From the IMG/VR virus record IMGVR_UViG_3300028260_000001, positions 120,333 through 184,332 of that record: a DNA stretch of 64,000 bases, one strand, 5' to 3'. Within the stretch, counting starts at the first letter, position 1; every line of letters begins with the position of its first letter. Shown here piece after piece: positions 37,411 through 47,391 of this stretch. The stretch is from a virus (Duplodnaviria > Heunggongvirae > Uroviricota > Caudoviricetes). Made by a program: the position numbers and the translations under genes. The notes under the pieces are model-generated. The model worked only from the letters and a program-made list of their open reading frames with translations, ran no database searches and had not been told where the DNA came from.

Positions 37411-37838
37411 CCTGTGAAACTTTCGGCGTGTAGATCTTTACCTTCAGGAGTTGTGAAGGCTGGAGTTTCAATGGTAAGCTTCACCATGTCCACTTCATTA
37501 ACCGGACCGATCTTCAGAAGTTCCATGTGGCGCTTCAGAGGGATCTTTTTATCAGGTAGAGAATCTGCGATCCATGTCCACCCATCGGCAACTGAGTGGA
37601 TCGAATAACCACGGCGCACACGATCATTGATCGGGCGCTTATCGTTGAAATCGCTATGGCGTTTCCATACGAAACCATCTACCGACGTGTTGTCAGTAGA
37701 CTGAGCAAAGTCTAGACGATACGCCATAGACTTCTGCCATGCTTCCAATACAGCCGTAGTCATTTTGTAACGTTTGAGTTGCCCACCCGTCAGAATACCG
37801 GTGAGCATTTTCATACACTGTGTATCAAGGTGATCCAT
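37371..37838 (-). CDS. hypothetical protein
   Basis: Start at MDHLDT. Confidence 0.45.
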   Translation of the reverse strand: MDHLDTQCMKMLTGILTGGQLKRYKMTTAVLEAWQKSMAYRLDFAQSTDNTSVDGFVWKRHSDFNDKRPINDRVRRGYSIHSVADGWTWIADSLPDKKIPLKRHMELLKIGPVNEVDMVKLTIETPAFTTPEGKDLHAESFTGWLFDPKNHFWRD

Positions 37839-38100
37839 GTACTGCCCCGAAATAAGTAATAATCGAAACTGCTGTGAATGCACACCACGTGAAACAGGTG
37901 TATCCACAGGCAAAGTAATATTGGTCGAACTTACGCCGCCAACGTTCCCGGTAATCCTCACCGTGATAACTAGGCTTGTAGTTCAGAGAGAACCGCGCGT
38001 GTTCACGATAGAGCCGAACTGTTCGCGCCAGCGTCCATGCAGCTAGGATCGCCAGCGGAATCAGTAGCACCATCATTTCAGAAGTGCTATACCGAAGCAT
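37825..38100 (-). CDS. hypothetical membrane protein
   Basis: Two TM segments. Confidence 0.45.
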   Translation of the reverse strand: MLRYSTSEMMVLLIPLAILAAWTLARTVRLYREHARFSLNYKPSYHGEDYRERWRRKFDQYYFACGYTCFTWCAFTAVSIITYFGAVHGSP

Positions 38101-38588
38101 TAGTTAGCCGTCGCCAGTGGTGCATTATTACGGAAGTTCTGGAAAGAGTTTGCAGCTACGTCGCCTTCCAGACGGGAGTAACCTTTGCCAGCTGGTTGAT
38201 CTGGTACGACTTCACCATCAACGGTCAAGCGTCCCAGTACACCACCTACCGCCTTAGCAATATACACCGCCAGCTTAAGGTAGTCGATGCGTTGTTGGTT
38301 GGAGATGTTCTCTTCAACCATGATTTCACTTACACCCATTGCTGCTTGGGTGTACATGACTTTCTCACTGGTGCCGCTACGTTTGTTCCGCACAGTAACG
38401 TGCAGTTCATAACGCTTGCCTTCACGTGGAATCTTTTCGAAGATCACATCGGTATCAACCGTCACGTTCACGACACGGGCAGACGGATCTTTGTCGAACA
38501 TATCCATGAACCCAGCCATGACGAAGTTCACGATTGGAACTTCCAGCATTTGCATACCGATACGTTTTTCGAAAGTGTTGGTCATCAT
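38100..38588 (-). CDS. hypothetical protein
   Basis: 162 aa. Confidence 0.5.
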   Translation of the reverse strand: MMTNTFEKRIGMQMLEVPIVNFVMAGFMDMFDKDPSARVVNVTVDTDVIFEKIPREGKRYELHVTVRNKRSGTSEKVMYTQAAMGVSEIMVEENISNQQRIDYLKLAVYIAKAVGGVLGRLTVDGEVVPDQPAGKGYSRLEGDVAANSFQNFRNNAPLATAN

Positions 38589-38611
38589 TTCTTACTATTT
38601 CCTAAGTCTAG

Positions 38612-38797
38612 TTATTGTGCAGCTGGCAGACGCATTTTAGCCAAAGCGGTTTCGCGTTCTTTCCCCGTAACACGAGTGCAGTAACGGCATTTCTTGCGAA
38701 GCGAATAAACGTAAGGCGATTTGCTATCAGCCTGACATTTATATACAGCGAGTTCTTCTGGTTCTTCTACAACAGGTGCGACAGCAGCAGGGTTCAT
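38612..38797 (-). CDS. small zinc-ribbon-like protein
   Basis: Cys pairs CQ...C..YC. Confidence 0.4.
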   Translation of the reverse strand: MNPAAVAPVVEEPEELAVYKCQADSKSPYVYSLRKKCRYCTRVTGKERETALAKMRLPAAQ

Positions 38798-38806
38798 ACG
38801 GAGTCC

Positions 38807-39259
38807 TTAGAGGTTGTTGCAGACACGCATATCAGAGATTTCTTGCATCGAACGGCGTTCACCATTCCAGTGATAGCCACAACGTGCGCTGGTGAATACA
38901 CGATGCAGGTTAGTAGCGATCTCCAAAGCCGTATGGCTAGGCGATTCAACTTCCAGTCCCTTCACTTGGAAATGGAAGTCTAGACGAACGTGTACCTTGT
39001 ACCACGAATTTGCATCGTGATCACGACGAATAATACGGAAGACGTAACCATCAACCTCTGGATTGAACTCATCGAATTCAATCGTTACATGATCTTCACC
39101 TGCCTGATGACACCGGCGATAGATCGGGCGTCCTTCTTTAGCAAACACATGGAATGCCGTGAAGTAACCGAGTTCTAGCACATGGTCCAACAAACCACGA
39201 ATCATGTGCACAGCGAAGTCTTTCGAAGTGTTCGGTTCGTTGGGTTCAATAAAGCTCAT
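38807..39259 (-). CDS. hypothetical protein
   Basis: 150 aa. Confidence 0.5.
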   Translation of the reverse strand: MSFIEPNEPNTSKDFAVHMIRGLLDHVLELGYFTAFHVFAKEGRPIYRRCHQAGEDHVTIEFDEFNPEVDGYVFRIIRRDHDANSWYKVHVRLDFHFQVKGLEVESPSHTALEIATNLHRVFTSARCGYHWNGERRSMQEISDMRVCNNL

Positions 39260-39260
39260 G

Positions 39261-39674
39261 TTAATCCTTTTTGTAATGGGTCAGCATTTCCGCAGCTACG
39301 AAGTCACCGAAGATTTCAGGCAGGATGCACAGGTCACTGAACTGTGGACCACTCAAACTGTTAACCCCTTCAGCTTCCAGATAGATAGCTGGGAAGTAAC
39401 AGTTCTTGCATTGGTTGGAACCCAACACATCGATAGAGAACCGATAATGTTCTTCCCCAGGTTCACTGTGCCAAATCTCAACTTCCAGCGAATGACGGAT
39501 CTGTAGGCCGATGCCTTTAGTAGCACTAACACGCACGTTCCAGCCATCGTTTACTACGGCAACTGGAACTTCATTGATCTGTTCTGCGTTCATGAAACCC
39601 AGACGAGCGGCCAATGCGATCAGCTGATCTTTAACCAGAATGAAACGGGCTTCACGCCAAGACTTGATGTTCAT
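39261..39674 (-). CDS. hypothetical protein
   Basis: 137 aa. Confidence 0.5.
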   Translation of the reverse strand: MNIKSWREARFILVKDQLIALAARLGFMNAEQINEVPVAVVNDGWNVRVSATKGIGLQIRHSLEVEIWHSEPGEEHYRFSIDVLGSNQCKNCYFPAIYLEAEGVNSLSGPQFSDLCILPEIFGDFVAAEMLTHYKKD

Positions 39675-40366
39675 TACTTGCCTTCCATTTCTTGCAGTTG
39701 ACGCTGAATGTCATCCAGCTGTTCTTTTTCGTAGTTATCGTTGTGCTGCTTAGCGAGAATCCGTTTCTCTTCTTGGTTCGGGCTTACCACTTCATTGACT
39801 TTGAAGTTGAATACCCGGTTATCACAGAACCCTTTCTTTTTTGGGTAATCTTTTTCTAGTCCTAGTGATTCAGCCAGATAATCGGCATCCCAGTCTTTCG
39901 GGTGCTCGGAAGAAATTGCTGGGTCGTCAATGTCAAGGGACATAGCGCGTTCCCAACAATAGCTTACACCTTGACGAGAATGAACCAGTGTATCGCTAGG
40001 ATCAACCCAGTAGATATAGTCACAGGCGTCGAATTCTTCGTAACAGGTACGTGCCAGAATTTCACCTTCACGCATGTCAATCCATGGATAGATCTCATGC
40101 AGGAAGAATGCAAGTTTGTTATTATCATGTTTCCAGCAACCATTTACTTTAAGGCGCCAGTAATCACCAAACTGTTGGTCGCCTTCGACATAACGGAGAC
40201 CACCACCTTTCCAGTTTTTGAAGTACTCAGGACCAGCAGTGAACATCGAGTTCATGTCTTTCAGGTCGCCTTCGCCTTGAGTGTGCTTGGCCAACCATAC
40301 AACGATTTGTGGGGGCAGACTTTTCTTCAACCGAAGATCAATCTGAACACCAGTATACATACCCAT
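39674..40366 (-). CDS. hypothetical protein
   Basis: 230 aa. Confidence 0.55.
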   Translation of the reverse strand: MGMYTGVQIDLRLKKSLPPQIVVWLAKHTQGEGDLKDMNSMFTAGPEYFKNWKGGGLRYVEGDQQFGDYWRLKVNGCWKHDNNKLAFFLHEIYPWIDMREGEILARTCYEEFDACDYIYWVDPSDTLVHSRQGVSYCWERAMSLDIDDPAISSEHPKDWDADYLAESLGLEKDYPKKKGFCDNRVFNFKVNEVVSPNQEEKRILAKQHNDNYEKEQLDDIQRQLQEMEGK

Positions 40367-40367
40367 A

Positions 40368-40793
40368 TTAGTTCCTTAATGTTGCAGCAATGTTTTCAAG
40401 TTGATTTGCTGTGTTTGAATACAGTGTATCGTAGAACTGATCCACGGTCAACACTTTCCGGCTGATGACATCTTCAGGACGAAATCGAATTTGATTACGA
40501 CCCTTCGTCAATTCAGACACTTCAACTTCCACGATGTGTCCTTGTTTTTCGTAGATGTCTTCTGGGTTGATATCATCCATCCAGCGGATCAATTGATCTG
40601 GATTAGCGAAACCGTATTGCTCGGTAGGGGCAAGCATGCCATCACACAAACCGTCTGCCGATGGGGCTGGACGAACAGGACAGTTATCTTGCGTCATCCC
40701 CAACCGCTTGGCTAGAGACCACTGGAACTCACCAACCCGATACAAGCCTTCGCCATCGGTGTCTTCAATCCTTAGGATTTTGTGGGTCATCAT
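40368..40793 (-). CDS. hypothetical protein
   Basis: 141 aa. Confidence 0.5.
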   Translation of the reverse strand: MMTHKILRIEDTDGEGLYRVGEFQWSLAKRLGMTQDNCPVRPAPSADGLCDGMLAPTEQYGFANPDQLIRWMDDINPEDIYEKQGHIVEVEVSELTKGRNQIRFRPEDVISRKVLTVDQFYDTLYSNTANQLENIAATLRN

Positions 40794-41040
40794 TCCACTC
40801 CTGCTGTTCCATTTCCAAGGCTTCCATGTACTGCTGCTTTTCGTACTTCACTTCAGCGCTGTGAACCATACCACTCGTAAAGAACCACAATTGCAAGCAG
40901 AAGCACAAGAGATGCACAGTGCCGTTAAAGAGATCAACTTTAGTCAGCACTTCCTTTGGCTGCAGCATAGCGAGCCCGATTGCTGCCCACAACATGAAGC
41001 CTACTGACCAGTACATCCAAACCGAGATACCTGACAACAT
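40765..41040 (-). CDS. hypothetical membrane protein
   Basis: Two TM segments. Confidence 0.45.
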   Translation of the reverse strand: MLSGISVWMYWSVGFMLWAAIGLAMLQPKEVLTKVDLFNGTVHLLCFCLQLWFFTSGMVHSAEVKYEKQQYMEALEMEQQEWNDDPQNPKD

Positions 41041-41084
41041 TTTCTTTCCCCAAAAGAGAAGGGCCTCCGAAGAGGCCCAACTTG

Positions 41085-41294
41085 TTACGCTACAGTGCGG
41101 AGGCGTTCAATTGCTTCGCGTTGAAGAGCAGCACGCTCTTTGTCCGAGAGGCTGAACACCGCCAGCGTTTCTGCTACAGCAATCCCCACCGGTTTATGGG
41201 TTTCACGGCCTTCTGCGACAGCAGCTCGCAGAACATCGTGAAGGTAACCACAGCGCAGCTGGGTGGAAATGTGCAGCAGGTCTTCATAACGCAT
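41085..41294 (-). CDS. hypothetical small protein
   Basis: 69 aa. Confidence 0.4.
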   Translation of the reverse strand: MRYEDLLHISTQLRCGYLHDVLRAAVAEGRETHKPVGIAVAETLAVFSLSDKERAALQREAIERLRTVA

Positions 41295-41415
41295 TTGTTG
41301 CTTCCTTAATGTGTGTTTTTAGTTTGCTTCTTTGCAGCTACCTAGTATCGCTACCAGGTGTTTGTATAATAGCTAAACCCGATGCAGGCGTCAAGCTATT
41401 TCTACAAAAATCTTT

Positions 41416-41667
41416 TTACAGCGTAATCTGGGCACAGCTGGATTCACGGCGGACCATATCGTTGCCATACTTGTCAACCGAAATCTTTACTTCCCCTGAG
41501 GCCGTTGGTACACCCATGTGGAAATTACTTTCCAGCCGACGACATACCGCCATTGCATTGCTGCCTTGCAACACAACAGTTTCTTTTTCAACGACAGGTG
41601 GTCGAGAGCTTGAGTTGCCGATACCTACCATCACAGTCATGAAAACTACAGCGATTGACGATGCCAT
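41416..41667 (-). CDS. hypothetical secreted small protein
   Basis: Signal peptide. Confidence 0.45.
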   Translation of the reverse strand: MASSIAVVFMTVMVGIGNSSSRPPVVEKETVVLQGSNAMAVCRRLESNFHMGVPTASGEVKISVDKYGNDMVRRESSCAQITL

Positions 41668-41697
41668 CTTTTAAATCCTTTTGATGTGTGAATACAC

Positions 41698-41714
41698 CGT
41701 AGTAATATAGGCTT
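41698..41714 (-). promoter_or_regulatory. promoter-like motif (sense: CAAGCCTATATTACTACGG)
   Basis: CTATATTACT family. Confidence 0.45.
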
Positions 41715-41736
41715 GTAAAACGTTTAAATAAAAATT

Positions 41737-41763
41737 GGCATAAGGCTACCCCGAAGGGTAGCC
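41737..41763 (-). repeat. hairpin cassette (GGCATAA + GGCTACCC-CGAA-GGGTAGCC)
   Basis: Family member. Confidence 0.5.
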
Positions 41764-41769
41764 GTTATG

Positions 41770-41947
41770 TCATTCGATGGCGTAGAACGCCGATACTTCA
41801 TGGCGCAACATTTGGAGTTCCTGTGCACGCTCGATACGGTGGCACAGAACTTTGTTCATCTTGGTGGATGGTTGGAAACGCATTGGTCTTGGCGACCACA
41901 GATCTTTCCAACCACTTTTGCTACGCCTGCTGTACGATTTTGCCATG
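41770..41947 (-). CDS. hypothetical small basic protein (58 aa)
   Basis: Below the ORF-track threshold; MAKSYSRRSKSGWKD... Confidence 0.3.
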
Positions 41948-42116
41948 GTCTTCCCTCCGAACGGGTTACGGTAATAAGACCCGGACGGAGTTGGTTATAA
42001 GTTGGCATTATGGTTCCTTAGATATCAGGACGTTCGTCTTGTTTCATACCCATTCCTCTTCCTGAGTAACCAGATCATCGTGTTCGTCGAACAGATCCCA
42101 ATCGATTTCACGCATG

Positions 42117-42443
42117 TTACAGGCCCTCGTATTCTTCTGACCATTCTTTGGTCAAACGCCCGCCAGCCAAACGACGGCGGAGTTGATGTTTCTCGCACAT
42201 ACCTTGTTTCTCCAACTGCAGGTTAAAGCGGAATTGCTTTGCAACCCGATCCCAACCACGGCAAGTACGGCAGCTGCAGTTCATAGCCTTACGCTTACGG
42301 AACCCTGGTTGCTTATTAGCAGCCAACCATTCCGTACCGTTATACAACAAATAGATAGCGGTCTGATTACGGGTTACACGGAAGTCATGGTAACGATTAA
42401 GGGCACGGGTTTGCTTATCTGCGGACATAGCGAATTCTCTCAC
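42117..42443 (-). CDS. hypothetical protein with a Cys-rich (zinc-finger-like) segment
   Basis: CSCRTCRGW...C..H. Confidence 0.45.
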   Translation of the reverse strand: MREFAMSADKQTRALNRYHDFRVTRNQTAIYLLYNGTEWLAANKQPGFRKRKAMNCSCRTCRGWDRVAKQFRFNLQLEKQGMCEKHQLRRRLAGGRLTKEWSEEYEGL

Positions 42444-42650
42444 TGCGACGCCCGCCTCGGAGATGAGACGGGCTATCGTGTGATTAAATTAACCATACTT
42501 ATTCCCCTTTGTTTAGTCGACGTGATTGTTCAAGCTGTTTCATAAGGAGATCACGAATGAATTCCTTACGTTCGGCTCTAGTCATACCATTCGGTATTTG
42601 AGTAGATCCTACTTGGTCCTGTAATCGAACGATCTCTAGGATCTCAGGCC

Positions 42651-42881
42651 TTACGATTTCAGGAGGGCTTGATTCCATGGGATTCTTCCTTCAAGCATCT
42701 GCTCACGTTCGGTGAGTTCATCAGCGGGTTTGCGGCCCTCTGCATCACGCCAATCGGTGTCAAGCTGTTTCATGTGCTTGTCGAGTTCTTTAGTTTTACC
42801 ATCTGCTTTCAGTTGTGCAGCGGTGGTGTTAGCAGCTACACGTGTACCATCACGATAACGAAATGCTTTTGGATCAGCCAT
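42651..42881 (-). CDS. hypothetical small protein
   Basis: 76 aa. Confidence 0.4.
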   Translation of the reverse strand: MADPKAFRYRDGTRVAANTTAAQLKADGKTKELDKHMKQLDTDWRDAEGRKPADELTEREQMLEGRIPWNQALLKS

Positions 42882-43377
42882 CTACTTCACCCTTCTTACC
42901 AAAGATACCTTCGTACCACTGAGGGACTTGTTTCTGCCACGCATGATCGAGTTCATACGGCAGCATGATTGGGCCATGTTCTTTAGCAACAACCATTGCA
43001 GCATTGCAAGCCGTGGCTGGATGATTTTCCCAATAGGTCATGATCTCGATTACATCTGGATAACGCTGCTTGGTTTCATCCGGCAGATATAGCCAAATAT
43101 CGTAATAGGTAGCAAACCGAATCGATGCTCCCACACGCGGCCCATTACCATTCGTGGTGAATACCCGATGGAAATCCCGTAACAGAGCAATGTACTGCTC
43201 CAGGATAGGTCCATCTATTTCACCTAGGAACCAACGCACCATTGGATGTTGATGCATTGCATTATCAATGGTGGCTTTGTTCTTAGGATCGGTTAAGGCT
43301 TTCCGCCACTCCGTCATCCACTTCTTGTTTTCTATCGCCCGTTCTTCCAGGGTCGGTAACAGTGTTTCGCCCATCAC
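42874..43377 (-). CDS. hypothetical protein
   Basis: 167 aa. Confidence 0.5.
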   Translation of the reverse strand: MMGETLLPTLEERAIENKKWMTEWRKALTDPKNKATIDNAMHQHPMVRWFLGEIDGPILEQYIALLRDFHRVFTTNGNGPRVGASIRFATYYDIWLYLPDETKQRYPDVIEIMTYWENHPATACNAAMVVAKEHGPIMLPYELDHAWQKQVPQWYEGIFGKKGEVDG

Positions 43378-43469
43378 GCATCATCCTTTTACGATATTTA
43401 GGGGACATACCCAACATGGAATCCATTTGTAATCCCACTTGGGGATTCGCATGGATTGTCGCTAGCATG

Positions 43470-43796
43470 TCAACGTAGTGTTCCTGGCCCGCCATGTTTG
43501 ATAATCTCGAATTGTTCTTGCAATTGCTCAGGTGATCCACTATCATAGCCATCACTGTCATCCCAGATGTAGTATCCGGGTTTGAGATGCAGGCTACCAT
43601 AACCGACAGTTACGATAGCATCGCCATTACGGTGGAATCGGTACTGTGCATACGGACCTACGAAGCTTTCCAGTGCAGTGCGACTGAAGCCATCCCAACG
43701 GAAAGCTAGTCGACCGCTGTTGTTGCAGCGTTCACGAATAACCGAGTGTTCAAGTGTTTGGTTCTGGAGGAAGCTCTCGAGTTTCTTTCGTGACAT
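43470..43796 (-). CDS. hypothetical protein
   Basis: Start at MSRKKLES; overlaps the upstream gene by 47 nt. Confidence 0.4.
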   Translation of the reverse strand: MSRKKLESFLQNQTLEHSVIRERCNNSGRLAFRWDGFSRTALESFVGPYAQYRFHRNGDAIVTVGYGSLHLKPGYYIWDDSDGYDSGSPEQLQEQFEIIKHGGPGTLR

Positions 43797-44157
43797 TAAA
43801 GCCAAGCTTAACTTGTTCGCCGATGTACGGTACAAACGAGCCATCGATGAACAGAAGGAGATCGCCCGGATAAAGAGTGGTGACGTATTGGTCGTTATCG
43901 CCATGTGTAACTTCCCAGATAATGTAATCGACAGGTGCACGGTGAGAGATGAAAACTTGTTTGCTAAGAGCGGCTTTCTTTTCAGGCGACCATTCCTCGT
44001 ACGCTTTGGTGACGTAAATCATCTCACCGTCGTAACCAGGTTTACCGCCACACTTTTCAGCCAGGCCGAGTTGCAGACCGTCATAGACAATACCGTGTTT
44101 ATCGGTAATGGTTACAAAGGTCTTCAGTCGTCGTATAACTTTAGGTTGTTCAGTCAT
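43750..44157 (-). CDS. hypothetical protein
   Basis: 135 aa. Confidence 0.5.
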   Translation of the reverse strand: MTEQPKVIRRLKTFVTITDKHGIVYDGLQLGLAEKCGGKPGYDGEMIYVTKAYEEWSPEKKAALSKQVFISHRAPVDYIIWEVTHGDNDQYVTTLYPGDLLLFIDGSFVPYIGEQVKLGFNVTKETRELPPEPNT

Positions 44158-44450
44158 TTGGTAATCTCCAGGATTCGGAATTCACCTTCCTTCACGTTAA
44201 CGACAGTTACAGGTTTACCCAGCAACTTATCGTACTCTGCTTCAACAGGGAAAGCCTGTGTCTTACCTTCCTCGGATTCAACCACAGCTAAGCAATCCAT
44301 TACGGCTGGGTAAGGTTCGCCGTAACGTGGAACAACTTTGTAATGCTTGCAGGTAGATCCTGTCAACGTACCGTTAACAACGAATTCTGCTTTGCGTACA
44401 TCACAACCCGCTATTGACAACAGTACTGCTAAAGCGATAAGATATTTCAA
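44154..44450 (-). CDS. lipoprotein
   Basis: Lipobox LSIAGC. Confidence 0.5.
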   Translation of the reverse strand: MKYLIALAVLLSIAGCDVRKAEFVVNGTLTGSTCKHYKVVPRYGEPYPAVMDCLAVVESEEGKTQAFPVEAEYDKLLGKPVTVVNVKEGEFRILEITK

Positions 44451-44638
44451 CGACGTTGCTCCAGCTGGAATCGTTCAACCACAGTGTAGTTCAACGCAAA
44501 GTATGTGCACCCTGCCAGCATTGCACCAATCACAATTGCTGTTACCCACTTCCATGGGCTATACTTGCGGTTCTTCTTTTGTTCTTGGCGATACTCGTAT
44601 ACCGCTCGATTAGTCAGGCCATCACAGCTCATCTTCAT
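44447..44638 (-). CDS. hypothetical small membrane protein
   Basis: One TM segment. Confidence 0.4.
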   Translation of the reverse strand: MKMSCDGLTNRAVYEYRQEQKKNRKYSPWKWVTAIVIGAMLAGCTYFALNYTVVERFQLEQRR

Positions 44639-44648
44639 TTTCCTCTAT

Positions 44649-44672
44649 TGGCATAAAGCCACCCGAAGGTGG
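44649..44672 (-). repeat. hairpin cassette (GGCATAAA + GCCACC-CGAA-GGTGGC)
   Basis: Family member. Confidence 0.5.
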
Positions 44673-44679
44673 CTCGATG

Positions 44680-46020
44680 TTATTCGTCAGCTTTCTTCAG
44701 CAGGTAGGAGTTCGAGATCGACTTCCACGACATGATCTTGTTACGTGCTTTGAATACCAGACCTTCACGGTAGGTACCTTTCTTCTGGTTAAAGGCACGT
44801 TGGCCCTCAGCCATTTCCAGGATATCCTTGACGGTAGTTTCAGCACCGATGACGAAGTTCTCATCGAATACCGGAACGTAGGTCAGACCGATTTCAGCTA
44901 CGATGCGACGAGCTTCATCCGGCAGGACTTCTTCGCTACCATTGCGGTATACCGAGAAGACGTAGTATTCGTGTTTCTCGACACCCTCGAAGTTCGATTG
45001 GATGTCAGGACCGATCAGCTCACCTTGGAGAGTGATGAACTCACCAGTACGAGCTTGGTAGGCTTTCAGCTTCTGGATGACTTCGTGTTCTTTCACGTAA
45101 CGGGTGAAGTTGTTCTCAGTTACCAGTGCAGCCTTCCGCCATTCAGGCCAGTGTATGCGTTTAACTTTGAACATCTTACGGTTACGAGCCAGGAACGAAC
45201 CAGTCCAATAACGGACTTGATCAAACAGCGACCAAGGAGCATCGTCACCCAGCGACAGCTCGTAGTTACGCGAGCAGACACCAGTACGTACACCATCGTC
45301 GTTGATGCAGAACACAGTCATCGAAGAACCATCCAGCTTGTAGGTTACTTCAAACGAGGTCTGATCTGCTTTTGCAGTAGCGAAAGCAACAGTCTTGTTC
45401 TGTACACGATCTTGATCCGACTTGGTCAGTTGGGCAGGCCATGGCATCAGAGAACCATCCAGACCTTTCAGGATACGGCGAACGAGATTACCATACCAGT
45501 CCGAGGCTACTTCGCCACCCGAACCATCACGCTCACGTTGAGGCTTAGGTTCGTACTTCAGGATACCGAGTTCCAGGGTCACGTTAGTGTCAACCGGAGT
45601 ATCCTTGAACTTCTCAGGTACTGGCACCAGCAGACCTTGCGACAGTTCCTTACGCAGCTTGATGGTTTTCAGACGGTGGTAGTTCTCACCGTTAACCCGA
45701 CGGTTATCGGAACGACGAGCTTCCAGGAAACCAAACAGTTCTACGTTGGACAGCGGGAGCAGAGAGTCAATCTCGCAGTAAATAGCGCGATCACCTTTCT
45801 TGTATTCGCCCAGCTTAACACACAGTTGCCAGCCACCAATTACAGCCAGCTCCAGTGCATCGGCATTGGGGTGCGGAACCACATCGTCAATTTCAACAAT
45901 GCGGGCCAGCTTGCGATCTTTTTCTACAACACCAAAACCTTCACGGATTGGCTTTTCTTCTACAACCACTTCGGTCATTGCATTTTCCTCGTGAGATATT
46001 GAAAGCAGATTCCTCTGCAA
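44680..46020 (-). CDS. ATP-dependent polynucleotide (RNA) ligase-like enzyme with N-terminal extension
   Basis: Nucleotidyltransferase motif I YKLDGSS (KxDGS), motif IV-like EGLVFKAR, terminal lysines; 446 aa. Confidence 0.65.
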   Translation of the reverse strand: MQRNLLSISHEENAMTEVVVEEKPIREGFGVVEKDRKLARIVEIDDVVPHPNADALELAVIGGWQLCVKLGEYKKGDRAIYCEIDSLLPLSNVELFGFLEARRSDNRRVNGENYHRLKTIKLRKELSQGLLVPVPEKFKDTPVDTNVTLELGILKYEPKPQRERDGSGGEVASDWYGNLVRRILKGLDGSLMPWPAQLTKSDQDRVQNKTVAFATAKADQTSFEVTYKLDGSSMTVFCINDDGVRTGVCSRNYELSLGDDAPWSLFDQVRYWTGSFLARNRKMFKVKRIHWPEWRKAALVTENNFTRYVKEHEVIQKLKAYQARTGEFITLQGELIGPDIQSNFEGVEKHEYYVFSVYRNGSEEVLPDEARRIVAEIGLTYVPVFDENFVIGAETTVKDILEMAEGQRAFNQKKGTYREGLVFKARNKIMSWKSISNSYLLKKADE

Positions 46021-46043
46021 TCAATAATCAACACGAGTACTTT

Positions 46044-46430
46044 TTAGCAGCTCACGCGGAACGTATGGGCTTTGTCGTTACTAACACCACCATAGACTTT
46101 AAACTTCCACACGTCATGGCCGATACTAAAACTTGGGTAACGAGCAATGGTTAGTTCAGTATCATCGGGATAAGATTCCTTGATGTGCTTGATAATCTTG
46201 TCAACCGAGTAAGGATGATCCTTCTTATCGATCTCAAGTTTACCCACGGTAGAGCGTTCCCACGACCAACCACGCCAAGGCCACGAACACACCCACCATA
46301 CCCACACGATGGATACGATCAGAAAGTTCGAGAATCCGTTACTCAGGAACCAGAACCACGGGGTGTCTTTAGGCTTACGGCGTTTTGCTTCACCGCCCAC
46401 CATAGACAGAAACATCAACAGCTTTTCCAT
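46044..46430 (-). CDS. hypothetical membrane protein
   Basis: Trp-rich TM segments. Confidence 0.45.
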   Translation of the reverse strand: MEKLLMFLSMVGGEAKRRKPKDTPWFWFLSNGFSNFLIVSIVWVWWVCSWPWRGWSWERSTVGKLEIDKKDHPYSVDKIIKHIKESYPDDTELTIARYPSFSIGHDVWKFKVYGGVSNDKAHTFRVSC

Positions 46431-46849
46431 TACTTCACTTTCTCCAATTCAAAATCAACGTGCTGGTGTTCTGGGATCATGTCGAAGTTACAGATCTCGA
46501 TGACCTTTCCTTTTGTGTCTTTCATCAAGCGTGCAGCCAGTACGAACTTGACACCACGATTAGTGTCGAACTCGTAACGATCACGACAAGGACCATAAGC
46601 CCGTACATCGAATGTTACAGTGTTATCTTCAAACACCGGGTTATGCAGGTCAGCGCACGCTAACGCTGGATTGATTTGACGCATCCGCCACAACACCCGC
46701 TTAGGGTCAGTATAGATACGCAGATTAGGAGTACCGAGTTCACAGATCAACCCATGTACGCCGCGTTTCTCCAGGAGCTTCTCCAGCGCTTGACGGAAGC
46801 CTTCAGGTTTATCCGTGAAATCAATGGTTGTCTTAGTGAAGTATTCCAT
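46430..46849 (-). CDS. hypothetical protein
   Basis: 139 aa. Confidence 0.5.
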   Translation of the reverse strand: MEYFTKTTIDFTDKPEGFRQALEKLLEKRGVHGLICELGTPNLRIYTDPKRVLWRMRQINPALACADLHNPVFEDNTVTFDVRAYGPCRDRYEFDTNRGVKFVLAARLMKDTKGKVIEICNFDMIPEHQHVDFELEKVK

Positions 46850-46851
46850 GC

Positions 46852-47391
46852 TTATAGCACCTTGCAGATTTTAGAACGGGTATCATTACTTACCCAAGCG
46901 GCGTAGACCTTATAAACGTCGGATTGAACAAACAACATATCACCGTCTTTCAATTCACGCTCAACCTTGTCATCACTGAAAGTATGAATCAGTTCCTTGC
47001 CATCAGAAACCATAGCAATGTGATCACGTTTCAAAGCGCCGTCCAACGCCATATTCAAAACACGTTCCCGCATTTCGTTAGACGTGAATCGCATCTTACG
47101 ATCATGGGTAAGACGCATCAGATCTAGACGCGGTTTACCTGTGGCTACCCATTCACCGATGAAATACAATGAGTAAGGGGAGTTAGTTGTGTCGGGGATA
47201 CCCTCACGGTCTAACTTATTCATCAGAGCATCGATGGTTCGATCCGAACTGACAACCAGCATGCTGTCATAGTCCGCCACCGTACGGATAACTGGAGTAT
47301 CGCGAGAACCTGAGAATACAGGATGCTTGGTCAGGTTGAAAAGGGTGATGCGTTCTTCAAGCGAAAGTTTGCGAGTCATTGCCAGATCCAT
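46852..47391 (-). CDS. hypothetical protein
   Basis: 179 aa. Confidence 0.5.
   Translation of the reverse strand: MDLAMTRKLSLEERITLFNLTKHPVFSGSRDTPVIRTVADYDSMLVVSSDRTIDALMNKLDREGIPDTTNSPYSLYFIGEWVATGKPRLDLMRLTHDRKMRFTSNEMRERVLNMALDGALKRDHIAMVSDGKELIHTFSDDKVERELKDGDMLFVQSDVYKVYAAWVSNDTRSKICKVL

Noticed and set aside
44677-46002. 441-aa ORF on the + strand exactly antisense to the ligase gene. Similar long antisense ORFs lie at 50685-52016, 52487-53506, 54906-55628, 32326-33099 and 9966-11039.
   Set aside because: Each lies opposite a gene with clear enzyme motifs (ligase KxDGS, NadV/Prs, AAA Walker motifs, SspB block). Their products are low-complexity and lack RBS context. They most likely reflect codon bias that avoids stop-codon complements, not real genes.
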